This document shows positions 21,740 through 31,026 of a DNA stretch of 64,000 nt, piece by piece. Location of the stretch: NCBI GenBank assembly GCA_047284725.1, contig JBJBEO010000001.1:64001-128000 (forward strand), in the 5' to 3' direction. Position 1 is the stretch's first letter, and each line of letters opens with the position of its first letter. This DNA comes from Synechococcus sp. GTDB lineage: Bacteria > Cyanobacteriota > Cyanobacteriia > PCC-6307 > Cyanobiaceae. A program made the position numbers and the translations under genes. The notes beneath the pieces are model-generated. The model was not told the origin of the DNA, did no database searches, and saw nothing but the letters and a program-made list of their open reading frames with translations.

Positions 21740-21773
21740 ACAACCGCCAAGGCAGACCTGCCTTGGCGGTTGT
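21740..21773. terminator. Perfect inverted repeat between convergent ndk and thiO (probable bidirectional terminator)
   Basis: ACAACCGCCAAGGCAG-AC-CTGCCTTGGCGGTTGT, with 16-bp perfect arms. Confidence 0.7.
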
Positions 21774-21774
21774 T

Positions 21775-22890
21775 TCATTTGAAGCGATCCCAGCTGAAGC
21801 TGGGGAGCAGAGCCATGAGGTCGCGGCGTGGGCTGCACCCGCTGACCAGATCGCCGATCAACTCTGCTGTGATGGCTGCCAGCAGGACGCCATTGCGATG
21901 GTGACCGCAGGCGAGCAGTAAGCCCTGAATGGGCCCCATCCCCAGCAGGGGAGCCTCGTCCGGGGTGCAGGGGCGAAATCCCCACCAGCGTTCCATCGGC
22001 GGCCAGTTGACGGCGTCGGGCAGGAGTGAGTGAATGCCGTGGTGAAGCGTGGACTGCCCCTGTGGTGTCAGGCCTTCTCGGAAGCCTGCATCCCGTTCGG
22101 AGGTGGCGCCGACCACCACCAGACCGTCTTCCCTGGGGACGAGGTAGGTGCCAGGGCCGAAAATGATGCGCCGCAGGGCTCCGCGGGGGGTCTGCAGCGA
22201 CAGCATTTGTCCTTTGACTGGGAAGACAGGGAGCTCTGGGAGCAGCTGAGCGCTCCAGGCGCCGCTGCAGAGCACCGCATGGCGTCCCTTCAGCGTCGCT
22301 TCCCTCCCCTCGGAGTCGCGGGTCCGAACGCCTAGGAAAAAGCCGTTGTTTTGCAACAGCTCGAGCACTTCAACCCCTTCCTGGAATTGGACACCTCGGT
22401 CGACGCAGGCACTTTCCAGGGCTCGCATCAGTTGTCGGCGGTTGTCGATCTGACCGTCCTGGGCGAACAGCAGACCTGCTTGCCACTGCGGGGCGAGGCC
22501 CTGCACTTCCTGGTCCAGTTGTCGGCGGTTGAGGGCCTCGCCAAAGGCGGCTGTCGGATAGGCATCCCGTTCCTCCGCGTTGTGCAGCGGCACCACGATT
22601 CCTGTGGAGCGCAGGCCGCAGGGGAGGCCGCTGTCGGCTTCAATCTGAGCCACCCAGCTTGGAATGCGCCCCAGGCTGAGTTGCCCGAGGCGTAGAAGAT
22701 CCCCGCTCAGGCCTTCGGCATGGGGCGCCAGCATGCCGGCCGCCACGAAGCCGGCGGCTTCGCTACGGCGCCTGCTGAGCACGGTCGTCGCCATGCCCCG
22801 CCGTGCCAGTTGGTGGGCGATCGCCAGCCCCATCAGACCACCGCCGAGGATGAACACCGGGTCTTGAGCAGAGCTGCTGGCAGCGGTCAT
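21775..22890 (-). CDS. thiO: Glycine oxidase ThiO
   Basis: GGGLMG FAD motif, AAGMLAP, PVKGQM, WWGFRP and GHHRNGVLLA. Confidence 0.9.
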   Translation of the reverse strand: MTAASSSAQDPVFILGGGLMGLAIAHQLARRGMATTVLSRRRSEAAGFVAAGMLAPHAEGLSGDLLRLGQLSLGRIPSWVAQIEADSGLPCGLRSTGIVVPLHNAEERDAYPTAAFGEALNRRQLDQEVQGLAPQWQAGLLFAQDGQIDNRRQLMRALESACVDRGVQFQEGVEVLELLQNNGFFLGVRTRDSEGREATLKGRHAVLCSGAWSAQLLPELPVFPVKGQMLSLQTPRGALRRIIFGPGTYLVPREDGLVVVGATSERDAGFREGLTPQGQSTLHHGIHSLLPDAVNWPPMERWWGFRPCTPDEAPLLGMGPIQGLLLACGHHRNGVLLAAITAELIGDLVSGCSPRRDLMALLPSFSWDRFK

Positions 22891-22989
22891 GGGCAATGGG
22901 GGGCCGTTGTGCGCACCCAGACAGCTTCCCAGCCTGTCCTGTGGCGCCTTTCCATAGGATTGCCGTGCTCTGAACGATCCTCACAGCGG

Positions 22990-24474
22990 ATGGCGGCACC
23001 TGCAGTAACGGACCAAGCCTGGGAAGCCGTGATTGGTCTGGAGACCCATGTGCAGCTGGGGACCAACAGCAAGATCTTCACCGCTGCCTCCACCACCTTT
23101 GGTGATGACCCCAACACCCATATCGATCCGGTGGTGTGTGGGTTGCCCGGCACGCTGCCGGTGCTGAACAAGAAGGTGCTCGAGTATGCAGTGAAGGCTG
23201 CGATGGCCTTGAACCTCAACATCGCCGAACACAGCAAGTTCGACCGCAAGCAGTACTTCTACCCCGATCTGCCGAAGAACTACCAGATCTCTCAATACGA
23301 CGAACCGATCGCGGAAGAGGGTTGGATCGAGGTTGAGGTGGCTGAGAAAGGGAAAGACACGTATCTGAAAACGATCGGCATCGAGCGCCTGCACATGGAG
23401 GAGGACGCCGGCAAGCTTGTACACGCGGGCAGTGACCGTCTGGCCGGCTCCACTCACTCACTGGTGGATTACAACCGAGCCGGCGTGGCGCTGGCTGAGA
23501 TTGTCAGCAAGCCCGATCTGCGCACCGGCCGCGAAGCGGCGGAATATGCCTCGGAAATCCGCCGGATCATGCGTTATCTGGGGGTGAGTGACGGAAACAT
23601 GCAGGAGGGCTCCCTGCGTTGCGACGTGAACATCTCCGTGCGTCGGGGACCGGATGCGCCCTTCGGCACGAAGGTGGAGATCAAGAACATGAACTCCTTC
23701 TCGGCGATTCAGAAAGCCTGCGACTACGAGATTCAGCGTCAGATCAAGGCCTATGAAAGCGGTGAGGCCATCGTGCAGGAAACCCGTCTGTGGGATGAGG
23801 GCAAGCAGCTCACCAAGAGCATGCGCAGCAAGGAGGGAGCCAGCGATTACCGCTATTTCCCTGATCCTGATCTCGGTCCTATTGAGGTGAGTGCGGCCCT
23901 GCGTGAGGGCTGGCGGGCTGAACTGCCTGAACTCCCGGCCGCCAAGCGCCACCGTTATGCCGAGGAGTTCGGTCTCTCGCAGTACGACGCCCGGGTTCTC
24001 ACCGACGAACGGCCGATGGCCGACTACTTCGAGGCGGTTGTGGGCGCTGGCGCTGACGCCAAGCTTGCGGCGAACTGGATCACCGGCGACATCGCTGCCC
24101 ACGTGAACAGCAACCGCCTCAGCTATGCCGAACTGCCCTTCCGGCCTGAGCAGTTGGCCGAGATGGTGAAGCTGATCGATGGCGGCAAGATCAGCGGCAA
24201 GATCGCCAAGGAGATCCTGCCGGAGCTGCTCGACAAAGGCGGCTCACCCAAGGCGATCGTGGACGAGCGTGGTCTCGGCATGATCAGTGACCCTGCCGCG
24301 ATCACGGCCATCGTGGATGAGTTGCTGGCGGCCCATCCCGCTGAGGTGGAAGCGTTCCGGGGCGGCAAGAACAAATTGCAGGGCTTCTTCGTGGGTCAGC
24401 TGATGAAACAGACCGGCGGCAAGGCCGACCCTAAATTGGCGAACCAGATCCTCAGTCAGAAGCTCAAAGGTTGA
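22990..24474 (+). CDS. gatB: Asp/Glu-tRNA amidotransferase subunit B
   Basis: VIGLETHVQL, FDRKQYFYPDLPK, LRCDVNIS and DYRYFPDPDL. Confidence 0.98.
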   Translation: MAAPAVTDQAWEAVIGLETHVQLGTNSKIFTAASTTFGDDPNTHIDPVVCGLPGTLPVLNKKVLEYAVKAAMALNLNIAEHSKFDRKQYFYPDLPKNYQISQYDEPIAEEGWIEVEVAEKGKDTYLKTIGIERLHMEEDAGKLVHAGSDRLAGSTHSLVDYNRAGVALAEIVSKPDLRTGREAAEYASEIRRIMRYLGVSDGNMQEGSLRCDVNISVRRGPDAPFGTKVEIKNMNSFSAIQKACDYEIQRQIKAYESGEAIVQETRLWDEGKQLTKSMRSKEGASDYRYFPDPDLGPIEVSAALREGWRAELPELPAAKRHRYAEEFGLSQYDARVLTDERPMADYFEAVVGAGADAKLAANWITGDIAAHVNSNRLSYAELPFRPEQLAEMVKLIDGGKISGKIAKEILPELLDKGGSPKAIVDERGLGMISDPAAITAIVDELLAAHPAEVEAFRGGKNKLQGFFVGQLMKQTGGKADPKLANQILSQKLKG

Positions 24475-24520
24475 CCTGGCTCCTCTCATCCAGGAGGGTC
24501 TCCAGGCCTTGAAGCCATGA

Positions 24521-25168
24521 TCAGCCGAGCTGGTCCAGCTGCTCGCGGATCTGGGTTTGCCAGCGCTCAGGCTGGCTCCGGTTATCGAGCACCAGATCCG
24601 CAAGCTTGCATTTCTCGCTCAATGGCCATTGGGCCTGGATGCGTGCGCGCGCTGCAGCGTCATCCAATCCGTCTCTCTGTTGAAGACGCTCGAGCTGTTG
24701 CTCCGGGGTGCAGTTCACCACCCAGATTTCAGAGCAGAGCCCTGAAAGGCCAGCCTCGAAGAGGAGGGGAATCATCAGTACCACCGCCTCAGCCTGGCGG
24801 TGCTGCCTGAGTTCCTGGTCGAAGCGCTCACGCACCAATGGGTGCACCAGTTGCTCCAGCCATCGCCGTTCGCTGGGGTTGTTGAACACGATTTGGCCTA
24901 AGGCTCGGCGGTTGATGCTTCGGTTGACAGGGCTTGCCGTTGCGTTCTGGCTGGTTGTGTCGGCTTCGACCTGGGCCCCGTAGCGATCCAGGACCGTCTC
25001 GGAGGCTGGGCTGCCTGGCGCCAGTGCGTCGTGGGCATAACGATCCGCATCCAAGACCGGTAATTGGTGGACGGCCAGGTATCGGCCCACGCTGCTTTTG
25101 CCGCTGGCAATGCCGCCCGTGAGCCCGATACGCCGCTGCGCTCCTTGATGATGGGGCGTTGCGCTCAC
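24521..25168 (-). CDS. coaE: Dephospho-CoA kinase
   Basis: IGLTGGIASGKS, LEQLVHPLVR and IPLLFE. Confidence 0.95.
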   Translation of the reverse strand: MSATPHHQGAQRRIGLTGGIASGKSSVGRYLAVHQLPVLDADRYAHDALAPGSPASETVLDRYGAQVEADTTSQNATASPVNRSINRRALGQIVFNNPSERRWLEQLVHPLVRERFDQELRQHRQAEAVVLMIPLLFEAGLSGLCSEIWVVNCTPEQQLERLQQRDGLDDAAARARIQAQWPLSEKCKLADLVLDNRSQPERWQTQIREQLDQLG

Positions 25169-25272
25169 GGGCTTCTCAAGGGCATCTGGGCTCAGTCTGT
25201 CGTGGTGGCACTACGGCAGGCAGATGGATGGCTTTTGAATAGGAGGTGTGGTTCGTCTTGCCTTCAGCTTCG

Positions 25273-26508
25273 ATGGCGCAATCTGTTCGCTGGACTCCCA
25301 TCGGTGGGGGCATCACCGCTCCTGACGGCTTTCAGGCGGAGGGGCTGACCGCAGGGCTCAAGGCCTCAGGGAAACCCGATTTATCGCTCCTGCTCGCTCC
25401 TGAAGGCGCTGTGTGCGCCGGCACGTTCACCACATCGGTGGTGAGGGCGGCGTGTGTTGATCTCTGTGCAGACCGGTTGCGGGACAGCGGCGGGCTGGCG
25501 CGGGCTGTGGTGACCAATTCCGGACAGGCCAATGCCTGCACGGGCGATCGAGGCCTCATCGACAGCCTGCGGGCGACGCAGGCCGTGGCGGATCGTCTGG
25601 GCCTCCCACCGGAAGCGGTGTTGATCTGTTCCACAGGAGTGATTGGTGTGCCGATTGCCATGGACACCCTTCTGGCGGCTGTGGATCCATTGGTGGAGGG
25701 CCTTGCAACGGACCGAGGTGCTGCAGCTGCAGAGGCCATCCTCACCACTGATCTGGTTGACAAACAGATCGCCCTGGAGGCCGAGTTGGCAGGGCGCAGG
25801 GTCCGTGTGGCCGGGATGGCCAAGGGATCGGGAATGATTCATCCCGACATGGCCACGATGTTGGGCTACCTCACCTGTGATGTCGGCGTGCCTGCGGAGG
25901 TGTGGCAAGCGATGGTGAGCCGGGCGGTGAATCGCTCGTTCAACGCGATCACCGTCGACGGTGATACCAGCACGAACGACACGTTTCTGGCTTTTGCGGC
26001 AGGCGATCCTCTACCAGACACGGCGTTGGAAGGGCTTGAGCAAGGGGTCACGCTTGTGGCTCAACATCTGGCGCGGGCGATCGCCCGCGATGGTGAGGGT
26101 GCAACCTGTTTGATTGAGGTGGACGTGGAGGGGACGGCCAGTGAGTCCGATGCGTTGCAGATGGCACGCACTGTGTGTGGTTCCTCCTTGGTGAAGACCG
26201 CTGTTCATGGTCATGACCCCAACTGGGGGCGCATTGTTGCGGCGGCCGGTCGCGCCGGTGTGCCCTTTGACCCTGCTTCCGTTGCCCTGTGGCTTGGCAC
26301 CCATCAGCTGATGGCCTCAGGCGAGCCCATGGTGTTTGACCGATCCGCCGCCTCGGCGTACCTGCAGGCTTGCGTTGAAGGGGCCTATCTCGAGAATGAC
26401 TGCGTTTGTATTCGTCTCAAGGTGGGTGATGGCCCTGGTCGGGCCAAAGCCTGGGGATGTGATCTTTCGGATCAATATGTGCGCATCAACGCCGATTACA
26501 CCACTTGA
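25273..26508 (+). CDS. argJ: Bifunctional ornithine acetyltransferase/N-acetylglutamate synthase
   Basis: GMAKGSGMIHPDMATML, DGDTSTND, DGEGAT and the C-terminal YVRINADYTT. Confidence 0.97.
   Translation: MAQSVRWTPIGGGITAPDGFQAEGLTAGLKASGKPDLSLLLAPEGAVCAGTFTTSVVRAACVDLCADRLRDSGGLARAVVTNSGQANACTGDRGLIDSLRATQAVADRLGLPPEAVLICSTGVIGVPIAMDTLLAAVDPLVEGLATDRGAAAAEAILTTDLVDKQIALEAELAGRRVRVAGMAKGSGMIHPDMATMLGYLTCDVGVPAEVWQAMVSRAVNRSFNAITVDGDTSTNDTFLAFAAGDPLPDTALEGLEQGVTLVAQHLARAIARDGEGATCLIEVDVEGTASESDALQMARTVCGSSLVKTAVHGHDPNWGRIVAAAGRAGVPFDPASVALWLGTHQLMASGEPMVFDRSAASAYLQACVEGAYLENDCVCIRLKVGDGPGRAKAWGCDLSDQYVRINADYTT
26484..26501 (+). repeat. Left att-like direct repeat (inside the argJ 3' end)
   Basis: CATCAACGCCGATTACAC; 17/18 identical to 31009-31026. 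Confidence 0.75.
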
Positions 26509-27642
26509 GGTCCACGTCGTCAGTAGAGCGTTGTGGTTGCGAGAGGGTTGAGAGATTGTCAGAGGGCACATGTAGGGCTGATTGTTCCAGGTGCCTAACG
26601 TAATTTGAGGTATTACGATTCAGTTGATTGGCACAAATGGGTGCAGTGAATGCTCTTTTCAAGGGCTAAGTAGCATGAAAATGCCAGATAGGGTGCTTCC
26701 CTTTTCTTGAGAGGAGGTTGGTTTAATGCTTTGCCTTGATAAGGCAGATAAGAATCGTAAGGAGTGTGGCTGCGGGCACGGATGCGTCAGCGTGAAAGAC
26801 CTTGATGTTTGTGAGATTGGTATCTTTGCGGTGATGCTTATCTTGTGATTGCTCAGCTGCTTTCTGCGCTCTCTCCCAAGGATGTTGATCGGTTTGATTG
26901 CATGTTTCATTAAGCAATGTGCTGATGTTGATCCAGCATCTGTTGTCGATGACGACGGCCACTCCAGGTTGATTGGTCACACACCTGCTGATCTAAAATG
27001 GTGCTGCAAAGGTAAATACAATTACGTAATTCTTGAAGAGTAGAGAAGATGCAAGTGGCTGATCTTCTAGCACTTGTCGAGTTGTCTATGAAGCAGGAAA
27101 ACCAGGAAACTCTGGATCTTGTTGATGACGATGCCGCCAACTTGCACGTCGGTAGATTTCCGATCTTTTTCTGGGCACTGCTTAAGCCACAGGTTGCTGG
27201 TGATCTCCCGATGGGTGGTCGCCGATGACTGTCCAGGTAAGTGTCAAGCAGCAATCACTGATCAAGCAGACCATCCAGAGGATGCCATTGATCACGATCT
27301 CCAACACTTCAAGAAGCATCGGTATCAGATCCGCTGACAACTCAGCGGACAAGAGCACCAACACGGCAGAAAGCGACCTGCCCACAACAGCAGCAGACGA
27401 CTACCTGACGCCTATTGAGAGGTGTCACGGCGCTGCTCTGATCTAACGCCTTCGGCAACGTCAGCAAGAGTCGTTCGAGCGGGGCATCGTTAAGGCAAGA
27501 CGCCTCTGCAACGCAGGTCGCTGAATGAGTTTTCGACGCTTCCGCTCGGTGACGAAGGACTCACTGAATCGCTGGGAGGGGAATGGGGCAGTGAAGCGAG
27601 GAGAGAAGTCACCGTAAAATCGGTACAGGTGAGAGATGCGTT

Positions 27643-28653
27643 GTGAATCAAGAGGAGATGACGCAGCAGGTCCAGGCTGCAGTGCAGGCATATCAGGGCA
27701 AGGATCTTGATCGTGCTGAGGCAATGTTTAAGCAGATTCTTTCTGTTAACGCAAAAGAGCCGACTTCCTTACATCTTCTTGGCTGTATTTATAGTGAGCG
27801 TGGGCAACTGCAGCAGGCTGTTGAGTTCATCCAGGCATCGATTCGAGAAGATGATAGCAACCCAATGCCAATCCTCGATTTGGGGAAGATTCTTTTTATT
27901 GCTGGACAGCATGAGAATGCAGCGGCTGTCTTCCAGGAGTCATTGAAGAGAAACCAGGAGATCCCTGAGGCTTGGTTTTGCTTGGGCAATGCCCTTAAGG
28001 AGATTGTGAAAACAGAAGAAGCCAAACAGGCATATCGACATGCGTTGACATTGAATCCAGCTCATATTGGAGCCGCATCGAACTTGGGATGTCTGCTCGC
28101 CGATGATGGTGAATTGGCAGAAGCCGAGGAATTGCTTTTAAAAGCCTTGGAGCATGCTCCAAATAATGTGTATCTTAGAATTAATTATGGTAAGTTGTTG
28201 TCTGAGAAGGATCAGCATATTACAGCGATTGAGCAGTATCGTTTTGCGCTGTCGCTTGCTCCTCGTTCGTCTGAGCTGCACTACAATTTTGCTGACTCAT
28301 TGAATGAAGAGGGGGAGGTAGAGGAGGCGATCGCAAGTTATCGGAAAGCGATCGAGCTGAAGCCAGATTTTGCAGATGCGTATTTGAATTTGGGTAATGT
28401 GTTGAAAGAAGAGGGAGAGGTAGAGGAAGCGATCGTAAGTTATCGGAAAGCAATCGAACTGAGGCCAGATTTTGCAGATGCGTATCTGAATTTGGATAAT
28501 GTGTTGAAGGAAGAGGGGAAAGCGGTTGAGGCGCGCGAGCTGTTGAAATATGCCTATCAAGCTACGCCTTCTTTAGCAAGCAATCTTGCATTGGTTGCGA
28601 GGATTTCTTCTATGGGACAAGATATTGCTGAATCCATTTTCAACCCTCATTAG
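27643..28653 (+). CDS. Tetratricopeptide repeat protein (TPR-only)
   Basis: Successive 34-aa TPR units such as ADAYLNLGNVLKEEGEVEEAIVSYRKAIELRPDF. Start is GTG 27643 or ATG 27658. Confidence 0.9.
   Translation: MNQEEMTQQVQAAVQAYQGKDLDRAEAMFKQILSVNAKEPTSLHLLGCIYSERGQLQQAVEFIQASIREDDSNPMPILDLGKILFIAGQHENAAAVFQESLKRNQEIPEAWFCLGNALKEIVKTEEAKQAYRHALTLNPAHIGAASNLGCLLADDGELAEAEELLLKALEHAPNNVYLRINYGKLLSEKDQHITAIEQYRFALSLAPRSSELHYNFADSLNEEGEVEEAIASYRKAIELKPDFADAYLNLGNVLKEEGEVEEAIVSYRKAIELRPDFADAYLNLDNVLKEEGKAVEARELLKYAYQATPSLASNLALVARISSMGQDIAESIFNPH
28306..28518 (+). repeat. 102-bp tandem repeat (about 2.1 copies) encoding duplicated TPR units
   Basis: Units begin GAAGAGGG at 28306, 28408 and 28510; the two full copies are near-identical at DNA level. 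Confidence 0.9.
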
Positions 28654-29666
28654 GCATTGTGTGACGAGGTCTCTATCAAGGCTATTTCCATATCAATTGA
28701 CTTGATAAGAGCCTTTGTTGTGTCATTTAAGTGGACGCTTAATTGGCTTTTGAGTTTATTTCTTTGGGCTATGTTGGCTTGCTGTAGTGTTTGTATTATG
28801 CTTGATGTCGTGCTCTCGCTAATTCCATGCTTTTGGGTAATTGAACAGAAAAAAGCCACGGGAAGTTTCCTCGAAGTTGAGCCTAAAGGCAGCGCTGGGA
28901 TTGTAAGAGTATTTTGTTTGAGTGATATCTTTTTGTCCGTTGATTCGATTCCTTCTTGGCCGCCTTCTATTCTTATTGTTGGCCCTCTATCGCCTATCTT
29001 GATCTCTGCGGGAAGTGAATATGCGAAGAATTCATGACTTGCAAAGCCATAACTAAAAAACATGTCCATGGGGCTTGTTTTGAGTCTGTATGCATGGAGA
29101 ATTTCATTGGTTGTGCATTCTGTTGGATCGTTTGGTGTTTCTGCTCCAATTCTTGATACTTTGAAGGGGCTTGCGAATGGGCTGTGGTTGACGAGCTCCC
29201 AGATCGGTGCCAAGGCAGATTGATTTTTATATCTTACGTGCCTTGATTCTATAAATCTTTGCAGCGAAATCTGCAGGCTTGGCTTGGACATGAAGGGATC
29301 GTAAGTCCATAGCTTGTTTTCATTAAGGGAGATTTTCACTTCTTCGGGTATTTGATTCATTTCTCTGAGAAACTTTGTTGCCTCTTCTTCTCCGGATTCT
29401 CCCCAGGAAAAGTTTTGATAGTAAGTTTCTATAAACTCTCTTGCTTCTGGCGTGTGGTCGGACTCTGCTTTAAGCCGAAATTCTCCGGAAGTCAGGATGA
29501 CGTCGTCCACTTTTGCCAAAAGATGTGGTGGGCAAAGGATTCGGGGCTTGTCGTTGTTGCCTTCCCTGAATAATCCTCTGCCGTTGTCGCCATCTCGACA
29601 GATCAGATTGTCAACAATTCCGCCTAGCTTGATGAATTCATTTTTGAAATAATCCCAATTGCTCAT
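28650..29666 (-). CDS. Hypothetical protein with SET-domain (LSMT/SETD3-like) methyltransferase motifs
   Basis: Ordered motifs GDNGRGLF, ILCPPHLL, FIESR, LAPIWELVNHS, NEILHAY and MFFSYGF. Start probably ATG 29666 (MSNWDYF). Confidence 0.72.
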   Translation of the reverse strand: MSNWDYFKNEFIKLGGIVDNLICRDGDNGRGLFREGNNDKPRILCPPHLLAKVDDVILTSGEFRLKAESDHTPEAREFIETYYQNFSWGESGEEEATKFLREMNQIPEEVKISLNENKLWTYDPFMSKPSLQISLQRFIESRHVRYKNQSALAPIWELVNHSPFASPFKVSRIGAETPNDPTECTTNEILHAYRLKTSPMDMFFSYGFASHEFFAYSLPAEIKIGDRGPTIRIEGGQEGIESTDKKISLKQNTLTIPALPLGSTSRKLPVAFFCSITQKHGISESTTSSIIQTLQQANIAQRNKLKSQLSVHLNDTTKALIKSIDMEIALIETSSHNA

Positions 29667-30149
29667 CTTGTAATGCGTGCCTGCCTGGTTTGTCTGAGAG
29701 CTTATGTGAAATCGATGCCAACCTTGCTTGGTTGTCGTCACTTTGGCGCCTCGGGCGATCGGCTCTACTCTCCTCGGCAGTCAGGCATCCACGTCCGTAC
29801 CTTTGATGGTCTGATCCACGCTCGTTCTCTCGGGAAGATGGCAGCACTGGTCGTGGTACTACTCATGAGTCTTGCGAGGTTGAGACGGAGCTGATCAGGG
29901 AAAGGACGCTGGATTTTATTGCTCATCGCAAGAGCACTGGCGGATCCCTTGGGGGACGTCCCAGGACCAGTTAGCCAAGAAAAGGTCTGGTGCTTCCCTA
30001 CGGACGTCTTGTGACTCTTACAGAGTGATCCGAGAGAAGACAGGCTTGGTCTCGCCACCATCAGAAGGATCCTGTGGCGTCGGAGGCAGTGACCATTTAG
30101 GTGTCTCCTATCCAGGTTCCCTCCATCCAGTCATTGCCGATGGCTGTCT

Positions 30150-30890
30150 TCAGGCCTATGCGTTCTGTGGAGAGTTGTCAGTGGCATCCCACGCTCCAAG
30201 ACAAGCGTGATGAAGGTGTGGCTGAAGGAAGACCAGGGGAGAGTTTTCCTGAGTGGTTGTCGATCTTCCTGAGGTTGTTGAAGTCGCCTTCAGGCCACTG
30301 AGCAAGTCCTGCTTCGACCATCGCCTCGAAGTGACCATCTCTTCAAAGGTGATCGCTCAGGGGTTTCCCCGTCTTCCTGTTGGTGAAGAGCAGATTGCTC
30401 TTGGACGTGGGTTGCGTGTTCTTTCTCGGTTGACGACGGTGCGCCACGACTGGTGCTGAGAACTCATGCCAACGACCTGTCTTGGTGTTTTCCGCTGCCA
30501 CCTCGATCGACACCACACATTTTGGTCTTCAGTGCTGAGGGTTGGGTTGGCACTGACGTGTGACCACCTCATCTGACGTCGAGATCCGCATCGTGAGCTC
30601 GAGCATTTGCCTGGGCTCCAGCTGTTGCCTCGCCCGTGCCAACTGCTGATGCCTTTGCCCTTGTTGGGACCCCTGGAGATGGGGTGAAATCCCAAGGGTT
30701 TGCCGTCCTTATTGAATCTGCTGACGCCCTTGCTCCAAGACAGACCTGCTGGTGTCGAACCAGGGATGAACCGATTGGGTTTCTTCAGTGAGAAGCGATG
30801 CCTCTTGCCTCTCTTCTTATTCAGGAAGTCAAGACACCACTTGCCGTGACGCCGCCCATCTCTAAAGACATCAGCGTTGTGAGCACGCCC
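30150..30890 (-). pseudogene. Fragmented tyrosine recombinase/integrase
   Basis: Pieces across frames: CGSRRQMRWSHV (box I remnant), IEVAAENTKTGR (catalytic Lys turn, 30472-30492), LLFTNRKTGKPLS followed by an in-frame TGA at 30343-30345, and WSSFSHTFITLVLERGMPL (box II remnant with R>S, ~30180-30237). Boundaries approximate. Confidence 0.75.
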
Positions 30891-31008
30891 TCCTTGGAGG
30901 TCGCACCGATTCACAGCCTTCGTGTTGGCAGCGGCGCTTTTGCTGATACCTCTGAAGTATCGACCTGGAGGACATTGTCTCCAGCACTAGGAAACCTAGA
31001 TACGTATC

Positions 31009-31026
31009 CATCAACGTCGATTACAC
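31009..31026 (+). repeat. Right att-like direct repeat (degenerate copy of the argJ 3' end)
   Basis: CATCAACGTCGATTACAC. The surrounding 31001-31033 reads YVSINVDYTPW versus argJ YVRINADYTT*. Confidence 0.75.

Larger units (their letters stand above)
26484..31026. mobile_element. Degenerate integrative element/genomic island inserted in the 3' end of argJ
   Basis: Visibly AT-richer than the flanks; bounded by direct repeats CATCAACG(C/T)CGATTACAC; integrase remnant next to the distal repeat. Confidence 0.75.

Noticed and set aside
28306..28518. Tandem repeat considered as a CRISPR-like array
   Set aside because: The 102-bp period equals one 34-aa TPR, it is in frame within a CDS, and there are no unique spacers or cas genes.
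29700..30150. Short ORFs between the SET gene and the integrase remnant
   Set aside because: Stops in the plausible frames and no recognisable motifs; probably decayed element DNA.
30357..30914. 185-aa ORF taken as an intact gene
   Set aside because: It is a mosaic of in-frame and out-of-frame pieces of the integrase pseudogene.
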